59,520 nt of DNA from Nocardioides sp. (lineage in GTDB: Bacteria; Actinomycetota; Actinomycetes; Propionibacteriales; Nocardioidaceae): contig JBOFLH010000671.1 in the NCBI GenBank assembly GCA_051657765.1, forward strand, positions 1 through 59,520, written 5' to 3'. Positions 29,035 to 38,592 of the stretch are shown here, in pieces. The notes under the pieces are model-generated. The model was not told the DNA's origin, ran no database searches, and saw only the letters and a list, made by a program, of their open reading frames with translations. Positions within the stretch are counted from its first letter, which is position 1, and every line of letters begins with the position of its first letter. A program made the position numbers and the translations under genes.

Positions 29035-29069
29035 GCCGAGATGGTGTGCGGCTGTCTCACCGATGTCTG
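29035..29069 (-). promoter_or_regulatory. Class I element promoter (GACA subtype)
   Basis: CAGACA-N12-CCGCA-CACCAT-CTCGGC-ATG. Confidence 0.65.
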
Positions 29070-29088
29070 CGGTCGGGGATCTGTTCAC

Positions 29089-29108
29089 GCCGACAGACAT
29101 GCGTAGAC
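29089..29108 (-). promoter_or_regulatory. Class II element promoter
   Basis: GTCTACGCATGTCTGTCGGC-GTG. Confidence 0.7.
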
Positions 29109-29159
29109 GACTCGCCGGGCTCTCCACTCCGAGGCCGTCCGTGACTACTGAATCAGATT

Positions 29160-29440
29160 CCGGAGGCAAACTGATGTAAACGGAATTGAAATGTAGGATT
29201 GCATAGGTATTGGTCGAGCCTCCAGAATCATGTTTCCCCAGGTCAGCGGCCCTTTTCGTGCTGCTCTGGTCACCTGGGTCAGTTTTCCGGGGTATAGATA
29301 CACACACACATACGTACATGTGTGCATGTGTGCATGCATGCGCACGCGTACACGTATATACATACACACACAACTGACCAATCTTATAGAGATATATATA
29401 AAATAGGGGGTCTGACCGGGGAAAACTCAAAAATTCGATG
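29160..29440. other. Putative replication origin (oriV) of the element
   Basis: AT-rich non-coding gap between the divergent parA operon and primase-helicase; 75-bp RY alternation; flanking inverted boxes TTTCCCCAGGTCAG (29233-29246) and CTGACCGGGGAAAA (29412-29425). Confidence 0.6.
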
Positions 29441-29516
29441 GTTTTCGAAACCGACCACTCCCCCGAGCGAACCCGTCCAACGGGTTGCCCATCGGCGACC
29501 AATCCGCTGAACCTGG

Positions 29517-29551
29517 GGAGCATCCCCCGCAGCACCGCACACCATCAGTTC
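29517..29551 (+). promoter_or_regulatory. Class I element promoter (primase-helicase)
   Basis: GGAGCA-N12-CCGCA-CACCAT-CAGTTC-GTG. Confidence 0.75.
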
Positions 29552-32500
29552 GTGGATATCTATGACTTCGACCCGTACGACACCAACCAAGACCTCGGCG
29601 CGGGAACTCCGATCCTTGAGGACGCTTTCGACTTCGACCCCTACGACGAGCCCCAGGCATCAGCAGAGAAGGTGGTGAGCGAGCCGGAGGACGTCGAGGT
29701 TTCCGACCTCGATATCTCTGCCCTACTCGGTCCGCATCAGCTCTGGGCGCCCGAGGAGTACGCCGCCGCAGGCGTGCACGGTGGTAGCGCCCGGAAGCTC
29801 TCCGGTTCGTTCGTCGCCCCACTGATCACCGCTGCCCGCGGGTACAAGTCGTTCGATGCCTCCACCCGAGTTGAGGCTTTCAAGGCCATCGACACCGGCG
29901 GCGTGAAACAGCGGCGGACCCTGTCGAACGCCCTCGACGACGGCGACGTGCTGATGATGCCCTGGCACTCCATCGACCCCGACGACGCCGTCTCGGTCCA
30001 GTTCCGGCCCGACGTGATCAGGGACCCCGAGAACGAGCCTAAGTACCAGTTCGTCGGCGGATCGGCGACACCGCTCGCCATCCACCCCGCGACCCCGCGC
30101 AAGTGGCTTCAAGACTCCCCCGTCGTCTTCATCGTCGAAGGACTCCTCAAGGGCGACGCCGCCCTGACCGGCTGGCTCATCGACCGAGGCGTGCCCCGCG
30201 AAGCCCTCGGCTATACCGGCGGCGATGCGCAGCAAATCCTCGAAGGCATCCTCGCCCGTATCCCCGCCGACGAAGCCGTCTCTATCGTGTCGATCGCCGG
30301 CTGCCACAACTACCGCCAGAACCCCGAGTGGTCCATGCTGCGGCTCAAGGGCCGGGAGGCGTGGATCGGCATCGACGGCGACCTCGCCACCAAGCGCGCG
30401 GTATGGGACGCGGCCAAAGGGCTGCACGACCTGCTGGAGAAGAAGCTCAACGGCTCCAAGCGCAAGGGGAAGAGGCCCCGCGTGCTCGTGCTCCCGGCCC
30501 ACAACGTGGTCCACGGTGAGACCGTAAGGGAGGAGCGGCTCGGGGTTGACGACTACCTCGCCGGCCACGGTTCCTGGGCTGACATGGTTGGGCTGCTCGA
30601 AGATGCTATGCCTGAACGGCCCGCGCGCCTCGGTGCCAGCATCCGTGTCGAGGCGGACATGTGCTCGATCTCGGAGTACCGCGACCACGAGGACCCCGCC
30701 CGCGCCGGCTGGCATGTCGCCGTGCCGATCGGCGGGCGTGTTGTCCGCAAGGTCGACACCAGGACACCGACCGACGCCGAACGCGCCACCGGCCGACTCG
30801 GAGAAGGAGTGCCGACCGGAGTCAGCGACCGCGCGACCATCGAGATCGAGGTGGCCACGATGACACCTGACGGACAGAAGGTCACCGGAGTCATCACCGG
30901 GCCGATGGCGATCCTCGACTACCACCCCGAGCAGTGGGACCGGCAGGGCGCCGTGATCCCCGCGATCATCCGCGGCTCCAGCAACTGGCCGCCGCGCGGC
31001 CCGGCAGGACTCACCTTCGTCAGCGGGATCAAGCTCTCCTACTACGACGCTCCGAGTGTCGTGCGGTGGGAGGCGATGGGGTACGTCCCGACGGCCTCTG
31101 GCGTCCCTGACTTCATCGTCGGCAGTCAGGTCGTCGGCTCCGACGAGAGCCTCTCCGGGCTCACCGGTGACCTGTTGGACTCCTGCGAGCGCTTCGGGTT
31201 GCGAGGTGATCACGGCGCGGCCTACGACGACCCGGGCTTCCAGGCCGAGATCAAGGACGCGATCGAGACCTACCTCGACTACGCCATCATCCGGCAGCCC
31301 TGGGCCGACCAGCGGTACGCCGCCGCGGCTATCGCCGCCGGCATCCGGCCGGCCATCCCTATGCCGAACTCGGCCGTGCTCTACTGCTCCGGTCCCCCGA
31401 ACTCCGGGAAGACTTTCAGCTCGGAGGTCGCCGCGGGGTTCTGGCAGGCCTACCCCGGTTCGCTGACGAAGCCACTCGGTTCCGCGGAGGACTCCCCCAC
31501 CTTCGTCGAACTATCGATGTCGAGGTCGCTGCTCTGGCTGCACGACGACGTCGCCCCCTCGGCGTCGAAGGTGAAGGCCGACAACGACGCCGCTCGGGCC
31601 GGGACCATCGTGCGGTTCAAGTTCAACGGCACTGCGCCGGGCCGGGCCACCGCCGACCGGAAGATCCGATCTCGCAACACCCCTGCGGCGCTCCTCATCT
31701 TGACCGCCGAGAACGAGCTCAGGGCACCCTCGGAGCGCCAGCGGGCGCTGGTCTGCCACTACCGCAAGGGAGTGCTCAACCCTTCGCGTGAGCCGACTGA
31801 CGCAATCCTGGCGTTGCTGCGTCGGGGCGACCACCAGCACTCACTGGCCCCGAACAGGATCATCCTGGGGTTGATCGCGCGGTTCCGCCACGAGGTCGCC
31901 AAGCGCGGCTGGGCGCAGGTCCAGCAGGAGATCCGGGAGAACATCAGCAAGGCGTCCAGCCGGGCGACACAGTCGATGGGCGGCGAAGCGTCGGCCACCC
32001 GGCACGACGATAAGGCAGCCGACTTCAACATCGGGCTCGGCTACCTGCGAGTCATGGCCCGGGAGGTTGGGTGCGAGGACTGGGTCCTCGATGCCATCAG
32101 CAGGCTACAAGACGGCATCATCGCGCTCGCCGAAGACGGTCGTGTGGCCTCGATCGCGTCCAGTCCGGGCCAATCCCTCATCGAGGCCCTGCGCGGCGCT
32201 CTCAGTCGTGGACGGGCATTCGTGGCTCACGCCGAGGACAGCGGACGGCCTCCGTCAGATCAGCCGCAGGTCAACCAGGCTCTGGGGTGGTCTCGGACGC
32301 CGGGCGGCAACCACGGCGAGTGGCAGCACAGGAACACCGGCGATCAGATCGGCTGGCTGATGTACGACGAGGGCGAGCCCTTCGTGATGTTCGACTCTCG
32401 GGCCGCGTTCAACGTTGCCAAGTTCGTCTACCCGGACTTGATCCTCGACGGGCAAACCCAAGCGTCGTCCTGGTCCTCCGCCACCTCGGAGGGTCTCGGT

Positions 32501-32632
32501 CTCCGTCGCCTCCTGGCGGGCAGCCGGACCGTCAACACTGCTAGAAAGTTCGTCGGCGGCGTTCGACGCTCGGGCTACCCGGTGCCCCTCGCCTCACTGT
32601 TCCCCGACATGGCCGCGGGGCCTCCGGACTAG
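29552..32632 (+). CDS. TOPRIM (DUF3854-like) primase fused to a P-loop helicase
   Basis: KY...PLAIHP, FIVEGLLKGDA, IGIDGD, GVDDYL; GPPNSGKT, LHDD, LTAEN; start moved to the in-frame GTG after the class I motif. Confidence 0.85.
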   Translation: MDIYDFDPYDTNQDLGAGTPILEDAFDFDPYDEPQASAEKVVSEPEDVEVSDLDISALLGPHQLWAPEEYAAAGVHGGSARKLSGSFVAPLITAARGYKSFDASTRVEAFKAIDTGGVKQRRTLSNALDDGDVLMMPWHSIDPDDAVSVQFRPDVIRDPENEPKYQFVGGSATPLAIHPATPRKWLQDSPVVFIVEGLLKGDAALTGWLIDRGVPREALGYTGGDAQQILEGILARIPADEAVSIVSIAGCHNYRQNPEWSMLRLKGREAWIGIDGDLATKRAVWDAAKGLHDLLEKKLNGSKRKGKRPRVLVLPAHNVVHGETVREERLGVDDYLAGHGSWADMVGLLEDAMPERPARLGASIRVEADMCSISEYRDHEDPARAGWHVAVPIGGRVVRKVDTRTPTDAERATGRLGEGVPTGVSDRATIEIEVATMTPDGQKVTGVITGPMAILDYHPEQWDRQGAVIPAIIRGSSNWPPRGPAGLTFVSGIKLSYYDAPSVVRWEAMGYVPTASGVPDFIVGSQVVGSDESLSGLTGDLLDSCERFGLRGDHGAAYDDPGFQAEIKDAIETYLDYAIIRQPWADQRYAAAAIAAGIRPAIPMPNSAVLYCSGPPNSGKTFSSEVAAGFWQAYPGSLTKPLGSAEDSPTFVELSMSRSLLWLHDDVAPSASKVKADNDAARAGTIVRFKFNGTAPGRATADRKIRSRNTPAALLILTAENELRAPSERQRALVCHYRKGVLNPSREPTDAILALLRRGDHQHSLAPNRIILGLIARFRHEVAKRGWAQVQQEIRENISKASSRATQSMGGEASATRHDDKAADFNIGLGYLRVMAREVGCEDWVLDAISRLQDGIIALAEDGRVASIASSPGQSLIEALRGALSRGRAFVAHAEDSGRPPSDQPQVNQALGWSRTPGGNHGEWQHRNTGDQIGWLMYDEGEPFVMFDSRAAFNVAKFVYPDLILDGQTQASSWSSATSEGLGLRRLLAGSRTVNTARKFVGGVRRSGYPVPLASLFPDMAAGPPD

Positions 32633-33471
32633 ATCCCTCGCAGGTCCCGGTAGGCCGATTCGTCGATCTGGCCGGTCTGAACGAGAGCCAGGTCGTCGGT
32701 CACGACGCCGGTGCCGGCGAGGAGTCGGTCTGCTCGCGCCATCCAGGCGAAGCCAGAGACACAGACGAACGGGTCATCGAGCCCGACGTAGACCCTTCGG
32801 CGGTGCGCGAGCCACCTGACGGCCGCGCCGACGATCGCCAGGAACTCAGGCCCGGCGGGTTTCCCGCTCTTCCGCAGGGAGGCGATCCACAGGCCGTGGA
32901 ACAGCGATCCGAGGGCGCCGGACAGCTTTTCCGCTGTCGAGCCTGTGAGGCCGAGGATCGCCGCCGACTCAGGCCGGAGGGGTTCGACTACCGCGGCCAG
33001 GGTGAAGTCAGTGGTGGAATCTCGCTGTTCGGGCATCACCAGGTCGGAGGAGTCGTACAGCGACCCGAACGGCTCGCCGTCTTCCCGCCGCGCACCAGTG
33101 TCCGGGGGCGGGTTGGCGCCGTGCTCGTGGACGCTGTCCCCGAATGGTGGGGCCAGGTCGCTCAGGTCGAGTGTCGCCGAGAGGTTGCGCCATGGGTCGT
33201 CGGCCGGCAGCGTCATGGCCAGGTCGCGGAGCCAGCCGGCGAACCACAGCTCGACCCACTTCGGTGCCCGCTCGACTACTTTCGCCATGTCGTCGTCGAC
33301 GACGGCCCTGGTATCGGTGGCGATCAGGGGCTCGCACAGGTTGATCACCCACCGGGCGACAGCGGCCCGCTGATCGGAGACCCCCGACTCCTGGTCGGGC
33401 ACAAGCGTCAGCGGAGGTGCGTCGAAGTCGTCCGCGGTCACACCACCCAGGCTAACGGCCCCATGGCGCAT
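32629..33471 (-). CDS. Hypothetical protein
   Basis: 280-aa ORF with good codon usage, convergent with the primase; start uncertain. Confidence 0.65.
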   Translation of the reverse strand: MRHGAVSLGGVTADDFDAPPLTLVPDQESGVSDQRAAVARWVINLCEPLIATDTRAVVDDDMAKVVERAPKWVELWFAGWLRDLAMTLPADDPWRNLSATLDLSDLAPPFGDSVHEHGANPPPDTGARREDGEPFGSLYDSSDLVMPEQRDSTTDFTLAAVVEPLRPESAAILGLTGSTAEKLSGALGSLFHGLWIASLRKSGKPAGPEFLAIVGAAVRWLAHRRRVYVGLDDPFVCVSGFAWMARADRLLAGTGVVTDDLALVQTGQIDESAYRDLRGI

Positions 33472-33503
33472 TTGGATACCCCAGCTAGCTCGACCGCATG
33501 CGG

Positions 33504-33538
33504 GGAGAGAACACGGCGGAACCGCACACTATCGGGGC
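33504..33538 (+). promoter_or_regulatory. Class I element promoter
   Basis: GGAGAG-N12-CCGCA-CACTAT-CGGGGC-ATG. Confidence 0.75.
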
Positions 33539-33922
33539 ATGCGCGACCACCCAAGCGACCACCTGGCCGTCTACGCCGCCGAGTCCGCGGCCCTCGAACC
33601 CACCGAGTGGGAGGGCTGGATCGCCGACGTCGAAGACCTCCTCGACCACTCCGCCGACGGCGACCTCGCCAAAGACGGCTTCTCGCTGGACACATTCTTC
33701 ACGATGTTCGAGAACGGCCTCTCACCCTTTCGGGCGAGCCGGATCATCGTCGGGGCCATCTATCTCGACGACGAGGAAGGTGCTATCTACCGCTGCGTCG
33801 GTCTCCCCGGGTTCGGCCACTTCAAGATGCAGATGCGGGATGGCAAGACCCTCAATGTCGGGTCGCCTCCCGATCACGCTGAGCCGGTGTGGCGCCCCAG
33901 GCCGGAACGACTGGACCGATGA
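33539..33922 (+). CDS. Acidic hypothetical protein (tandem paralogue 1)
   Basis: WxxWIxxVExLLxHxADG...G[FY]SLD...ASRxIVGA...VWRPRP shared with the next gene. Confidence 0.75.
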   Translation: MRDHPSDHLAVYAAESAALEPTEWEGWIADVEDLLDHSADGDLAKDGFSLDTFFTMFENGLSPFRASRIIVGAIYLDDEEGAIYRCVGLPGFGHFKMQMRDGKTLNVGSPPDHAEPVWRPRPERLDR

Positions 33923-34245
33923 CCGACTGGCGGAAGTGGATCGAAGAGGTCGAGGGTCTCCTCGGTCACGACGCCGACGGGTTTTCCGGTGAGCACGGCT
34001 ACTCGTTGGACGAGTTCACAGACATGTTCAACAACGATCTGAACCCGCTCGACGCGAGCCGACGGATCGTCGGCGCACTGTACGTACTTCCGGACGGCAA
34101 GAGCTACCGATACATCGGCGGACACTCCGGCCCGGAGCGCGGCGTCTTCGAAGTTCAGAACAGGGACGGGGTGGTCGCCTTCGAACTCGCCCTCCCCGAC
34201 AACGCCGTCCAGGTGTGGCGCCCGCGGCCGCTGGGGCAAGCATGA
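33919..34245 (+). CDS. Acidic hypothetical protein (tandem paralogue 2)
   Basis: ATGA coupling; same motifs as 33539..33922. Confidence 0.75.
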   Translation: MTDWRKWIEEVEGLLGHDADGFSGEHGYSLDEFTDMFNNDLNPLDASRRIVGALYVLPDGKSYRYIGGHSGPERGVFEVQNRDGVVAFELALPDNAVQVWRPRPLGQA

Positions 34246-34997
34246 TCGCGCTTGCCGACATCGTCGAAGACATAGCCGACGAGCTGGGCTGGCAGGTCAG
34301 CCCGTTGGAGGGCGCCGGCAGCTGGTCGCTACCGCGAGTGCTTGGTCCCGACGGGGAGCGACTCGCCTTCTACCGGGATCTTCGAAGCCGAATATTGATC
34401 CGCGGTCTGCTGCCGGGCGAGCACGAACAACGCGCTCTCGTCGAAACACCATCGATCAGCCTCGCGGGCGACCGCCCAGCTTCCGTCATCGCTAGCGCGA
34501 TTAACCGCCGGCTACTGCCGGTGTATCGGGAGCGGGTAGCCGAGGCTCTCGAGAGTATTCGGCGATTCGAAGCCGGGGAGGAAGCCCAGCGATCGCTTGG
34601 TGTCGAGCTTGCTGAGCTGTCTGGCGCCGAATACGACGAAGACCAGGGCCGGATCTGCTCGGCCCGCGGGCAGTGGCACGGCAAAGCTGCGGTCGAGCGC
34701 GGTGGGGCCCGTGTGCATCTCGAAGGCTCTCTCTCGGCCGAGGTTGCACGGGCCGTGTTTGCCGCTCTTGGCCGGCAAGCACTAACGGAGAGAGATTCCC
34801 CGCGGTCCGTACACAGTCTTGGCATGAGCAACCGCGAGCTGGATCTGGCCCGGTACGCCGGTCTCGACCATGTGGCGCTGGCCTGCCGCCCGGACAACGC
34901 CGCCGCTCGTGCCGTCATCGAGCACCACGGCGGGGTGAGCACCGAAAAGTCTCCTGACCTGCTCCAGAACTCAATCGAGGTGAACAGTGATGAGTAA
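34242..34997 (+). CDS. Hypothetical protein; last 57 aa resemble a GNAT C-terminal fragment and have their own leaderless start at 34824
   Basis: GLDHVALACRPDNAAARAVIEHHGG; class I motif at 34789..34823. Confidence 0.6.
   Translation: MIALADIVEDIADELGWQVSPLEGAGSWSLPRVLGPDGERLAFYRDLRSRILIRGLLPGEHEQRALVETPSISLAGDRPASVIASAINRRLLPVYRERVAEALESIRRFEAGEEAQRSLGVELAELSGAEYDEDQGRICSARGQWHGKAAVERGGARVHLEGSLSAEVARAVFAALGRQALTERDSPRSVHSLGMSNRELDLARYAGLDHVALACRPDNAAARAVIEHHGGVSTEKSPDLLQNSIEVNSDE
34789..34823 (+). promoter_or_regulatory. Class I element promoter internal to an ORF
   Basis: AGAGAG-N12-CCGTA-CACAGT-CTTGGC-ATG. Confidence 0.55.
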
Positions 34998-37719
34998 CGA
35001 CCTTTCGAACCTGTCCGGTGCCGACGCCGAAGTGGTGAAGGCCGACATGCTGGGTGCACGCGCCGAACTGGCGGCGAAGACCGCCGAGCTGAAAGAGATC
35101 GAGCGCACCGCCCGGGCCGACATAGACGCCAAGATCAAGGCGATGCAGGCCGAAATGAACAAGCAGATCGCCGAGGCCACCGCGCTGATGGCACCGATGC
35201 TAGAGAAGGTTCAACAGCTCGAAGAGGGCATCTGGACCGTCAATCTCTACTTGGGGGTCGGTGAGGAGTTGGTGCAGCTCGCCGAGGGTGCGCCAGCTGC
35301 GGCCGACGTCCCGATCCACCTCCGGCAGTCGGTGCTCGCGATGGACGAAGAGGTGGCCGCATTTCCGACCGCCGACCGGCAGGGTATGGACTTCCGCTCG
35401 ATCAGCGTGTTCGACCGGTGGATCACCGAGGATCCCGCGCACCTGACCCAGGTTCTGCCCGAAGAGCGCGGGATCGTGGCGCTCACGCCTCGGGCAACCG
35501 AGATCGACTACGGCGACCCGATCCTCAACACCGTCTTGAACAAGGAGAACTTCGCGTCGTACTGGCTGATCCGCAACGGCGGCAACCTGTGGCGGCTGCG
35601 CACCGACTTCGCCGTCGGACGGCACCTGATGCCGACGACCGCCGAGTTCACCTCGCTATTCCAGCAGACCAGCTTCGACGGCACTGTCACCCCGATCGAG
35701 CCCGGCTCGAAGAAGTGGATGGAGGCCGAGAAGGCGCAGGGCGCCAAGCAACGGCACTACATGCGGGTCGCGCTCATCCTCCAGGGCCTGATCGACCGCA
35801 CCGAGATCCTGCACCCGCTTCCCGGTGAGGTGAGTGTGCTGCGGCAGTCGGCGTACGACGACGGACTGGTGGTCGTCCTGGCCGACGACGAGAAGCAGAT
35901 CGGCTCCGGCCGGAAGCCCTACTACGAGTGGCTGCGCGAGCTGAATGCCGAGCTGCGTCCGGGGATGCGGATCATCGGTGACTTCCACGCGAAGCACTGG
36001 CGGGAGCACAAGATCGAGGAGCGGAACTGGACTCGGCGTCACGGCAACTGGCGGCTGTCGCCTACCGGCGCCGAGATGCCCAAGTCCAACACCCTCCACA
36101 CAATCGAGAGCACCCGCGAACTCCAGGGCGACAAGGGCCTGGTGATCCGCTACGCGCGGACCGAGAAGGTCTGGGACGACAACATGTGGGTCGAATCGGA
36201 GACCCGGCCCGGTTGGGGCCACCGCGGTGGCGAACGGGTTCCGGAGAGGCGGGCATCCGCGGTGGTGTTCCGGGAAGATCGGAACATCATCCCGTTCGAC
36301 CTGGTGACCGAGGTCCAGTTGCTCGAATACCTCGGCGCCCGGACCGAGCGGCACGCGTACGCCGACATGATGCCGCTGCTCCAGGCCGCACTCGCCGCCA
36401 AGCGGGCCGAGGCCGAAGCCGAGGCGCCGTTCCGGGACCTGATCCATGGTGTCCTTGGCGCCGACGCCACCGAGGACGATGTCGAGCGCCTGGTGCACCG
36501 TTGGAAGCTCGCGAACAAGTGGCACCGGCCGCTGGTCGACCCCGACCCGGCAGTCGAGGCGAAGGCGATCAAGGCGATCAAGGCCGAGTGGGCTCGCGAG
36601 CGCCGTACTGACGTCGACGAAGCTGCCGACACGAAAGCGGTCGCCGCGCTGCTGGAGGTGGATCCTTCGATCATGTGGATCGGCCGCCGCACCGGCGGTG
36701 GCTACCTGGCGTTAGCCCCACAACCCCGCACCGCGCCCCATGGCATGGTCCGCGACAATCTCTGGGTGGTCGAGTACACGACCAGCAAGACGGCCCGGAA
36801 GATCGACCGGCGCGAGTGGGTGATCCCCGGGGTGCGGGCCAACAAGCTGCACACCCTGCACGCCACTGCTGGGTGGGATTCTTGGGACAAGCTGTCCACG
36901 GCCCGCGACGACCTCCGTGACGACCAACTCCTGGACCTGGCCGAGGAGGTGGCTGCCGACGGCATGGTCACGATCCGGCACGAGTACCCCGAAGCCGGGC
37001 TGCTCGGCGTCACCCACGACCCGGCGAAGCGACAGCTCCGGCTCTACGCCTTCGACCCGTCGATGGGAGATGCCACGCACGTCCGGTACCTGCGAGTGTC
37101 CGCGGAGTGGAAGCGCGACGCCAAGGGCCGTGCAGCTATCGCCACGAACCTTTCGGACCGGTGGGTCGACGCCGAGACCTGGGACGTCGACTGGAAGACG
37201 AAGGAAGCCGTCGCCCCATGGAAGGACCGTGCGGCGATCTGCGTCGCCGAGTCACTACTGGTCGACGCCATGAACATGGTCAACGATCGCTACGCCGAGA
37301 GCAGCCGGCGGGCCGCGGTCAAGAGGCGCGTCTACGGCGTCCTGCGGAGCCTCCGCGAGCAACAAATCGAGGCGCTCTATGAGCAGGCGAAGGTTGATTT
37401 CATGGCGAAGTACGCCGACGAGCAGATGTGGGACGAGCGCCGCTCCAAAATGCGTCGTCCCGACCCCGAGATCGACTTCCAGAACGACCGTCACTTCCAC
37501 GAGCGGATCCCGTTCGAGGGCGGTGGCGGTTACTACTTCGGCGACAAACTCCCTGGCATCGACATCGACGAGGCTATTCGGCGGCTCATAGAGCGCGACG
37601 ATCCGTGGCACGGGCTGACCATGGCTGCGGCGTACGCCGAGCTGGGCCACGACCTGCCGGCGCTCTACGCCCCGTACGCCGAGCTCGTCCTACGTGACCC
37701 GGAGACGGAGGACGTATGA
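34990..37719 (+). CDS. Large hypothetical protein with N-terminal coiled coil
   Basis: About 910 aa, GAGGTG RBS, strong codon bias; no catalytic motif recognised. Confidence 0.85.
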   Translation: MSNDLSNLSGADAEVVKADMLGARAELAAKTAELKEIERTARADIDAKIKAMQAEMNKQIAEATALMAPMLEKVQQLEEGIWTVNLYLGVGEELVQLAEGAPAAADVPIHLRQSVLAMDEEVAAFPTADRQGMDFRSISVFDRWITEDPAHLTQVLPEERGIVALTPRATEIDYGDPILNTVLNKENFASYWLIRNGGNLWRLRTDFAVGRHLMPTTAEFTSLFQQTSFDGTVTPIEPGSKKWMEAEKAQGAKQRHYMRVALILQGLIDRTEILHPLPGEVSVLRQSAYDDGLVVVLADDEKQIGSGRKPYYEWLRELNAELRPGMRIIGDFHAKHWREHKIEERNWTRRHGNWRLSPTGAEMPKSNTLHTIESTRELQGDKGLVIRYARTEKVWDDNMWVESETRPGWGHRGGERVPERRASAVVFREDRNIIPFDLVTEVQLLEYLGARTERHAYADMMPLLQAALAAKRAEAEAEAPFRDLIHGVLGADATEDDVERLVHRWKLANKWHRPLVDPDPAVEAKAIKAIKAEWARERRTDVDEAADTKAVAALLEVDPSIMWIGRRTGGGYLALAPQPRTAPHGMVRDNLWVVEYTTSKTARKIDRREWVIPGVRANKLHTLHATAGWDSWDKLSTARDDLRDDQLLDLAEEVAADGMVTIRHEYPEAGLLGVTHDPAKRQLRLYAFDPSMGDATHVRYLRVSAEWKRDAKGRAAIATNLSDRWVDAETWDVDWKTKEAVAPWKDRAAICVAESLLVDAMNMVNDRYAESSRRAAVKRRVYGVLRSLREQQIEALYEQAKVDFMAKYADEQMWDERRSKMRRPDPEIDFQNDRHFHERIPFEGGGGYYFGDKLPGIDIDEAIRRLIERDDPWHGLTMAAAYAELGHDLPALYAPYAELVLRDPETEDV

Positions 37720-38201
37720 GTTGGCGCTCGGTCCGGGTCGACGACGAGTCCCAGCGGACCTACGTGGGGATCGCGCTGATCTGGTGGGAGGAGCTGCTGA
37801 AGCTCCCGCTGCCCGAGCAGAGCAACCCCTTGTCCGCGGCCGAAGTGATCTCGACCCTCGGGTTCGGACTCAGTCCCGATGAGGAGCTGAGCGTCGCGTT
37901 CTTCCTCGCCAGGCTGACCGCTGAGAACCTCGATGCGTTCGATGAGGAGCCGGGGCAGACGGTCGCCGAGTGGAGTCTGGAGTCCGAGGAGAGGGACTGG
38001 GTCCGGATTGCGCTGATGGAGATCTTCATGTGCCGCGACCACGAGAGCGACCAGTCGGTCCGGCTGCTATCGAGCGCGGAGGCTTTCCTCACTGTAGCCA
38101 TGATGCTGAGCCACCTCGCCGAGGCCAAGGGCGACCGGTTCGCCGACCAGGTTGGCCGACTGCGGTACGAGCTGATCGAGGCCGCCGCGCGAGCCAGTTG
38201 A
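37716..38201 (+). CDS. Hypothetical protein (paralogue of 2721..3215)
   Basis: GGAGG RBS, ATGA coupling, ALIWWE motif. Confidence 0.75.
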   Translation: MSWRSVRVDDESQRTYVGIALIWWEELLKLPLPEQSNPLSAAEVISTLGFGLSPDEELSVAFFLARLTAENLDAFDEEPGQTVAEWSLESEERDWVRIALMEIFMCRDHESDQSVRLLSSAEAFLTVAMMLSHLAEAKGDRFADQVGRLRYELIEAAARAS

Positions 38202-38209
38202 GAAGGCGG

Positions 38210-38244
38210 GGAGTATCCGCCGGCCAACCGCGCACTGTAGGGGC
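38210..38244 (+). promoter_or_regulatory. Class I element promoter (leadered)
   Basis: GGAGTA-N12-CCGCG-CACTGT-AGGGGC, then RBS GAAGGGAG and ATG 38266. Confidence 0.65.
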
Positions 38245-38265
38245 AAGCCCGAAGGGAGAACCCTG

Positions 38266-38550
38266 ATGTTCGCTATCGACCAAACCAGCGCCACTCTCGC
38301 CACCATGGCCGACGAATTGCGCCGGGCCGCCAACGCGGCCGACGGCAAGCACTCTTGGCAGGACGGCGGTACCTACGGGGCCGCCTGTGAGGCAGTCGTG
38401 ACCGCGCTGGAGGTCGGCCTCGGCGAGGCGAACGGCATGTCTGGCGCCGAGGCTAGAGAGCTGGCAGAGCGCATCATGTACGAGATCGCCGAGAACGGCG
38501 ACTCGGTGGTGTACAACCTGGGCGTCTGCGGGATCGAGATCGTCGCCTAA
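38266..38550 (+). CDS. Small acidic hypothetical protein
   Basis: RBS and class I motif upstream. Confidence 0.75.
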   Translation: MFAIDQTSATLATMADELRRAANAADGKHSWQDGGTYGAACEAVVTALEVGLGEANGMSGAEARELAERIMYEIAENGDSVVYNLGVCGIEIVA

Positions 38551-38557
38551 GGACCGG

Positions 38558-38592
38558 GGAGCATCCGACTGCGGTCCGAACACTGTCGAGTC
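38558..38592 (+). promoter_or_regulatory. Class I element promoter
   Basis: GGAGCA-N12-CCGAA-CACTGT-CGAGTC-ATG. Confidence 0.65.

Noticed and set aside
28546-29535. 329-aa ORF and other short ORFs across the RY tract
   Set aside because: Low-complexity translation (CVYVYTCTRAHAC) of a non-coding origin-like region
29438-29551. ATG 29438 as the primase start
   Set aside because: A consensus class I motif points to the in-frame GTG at 29552; similar over-extended starts were trimmed at 7436, 23423, 26280, 42220, 47031 and 47757
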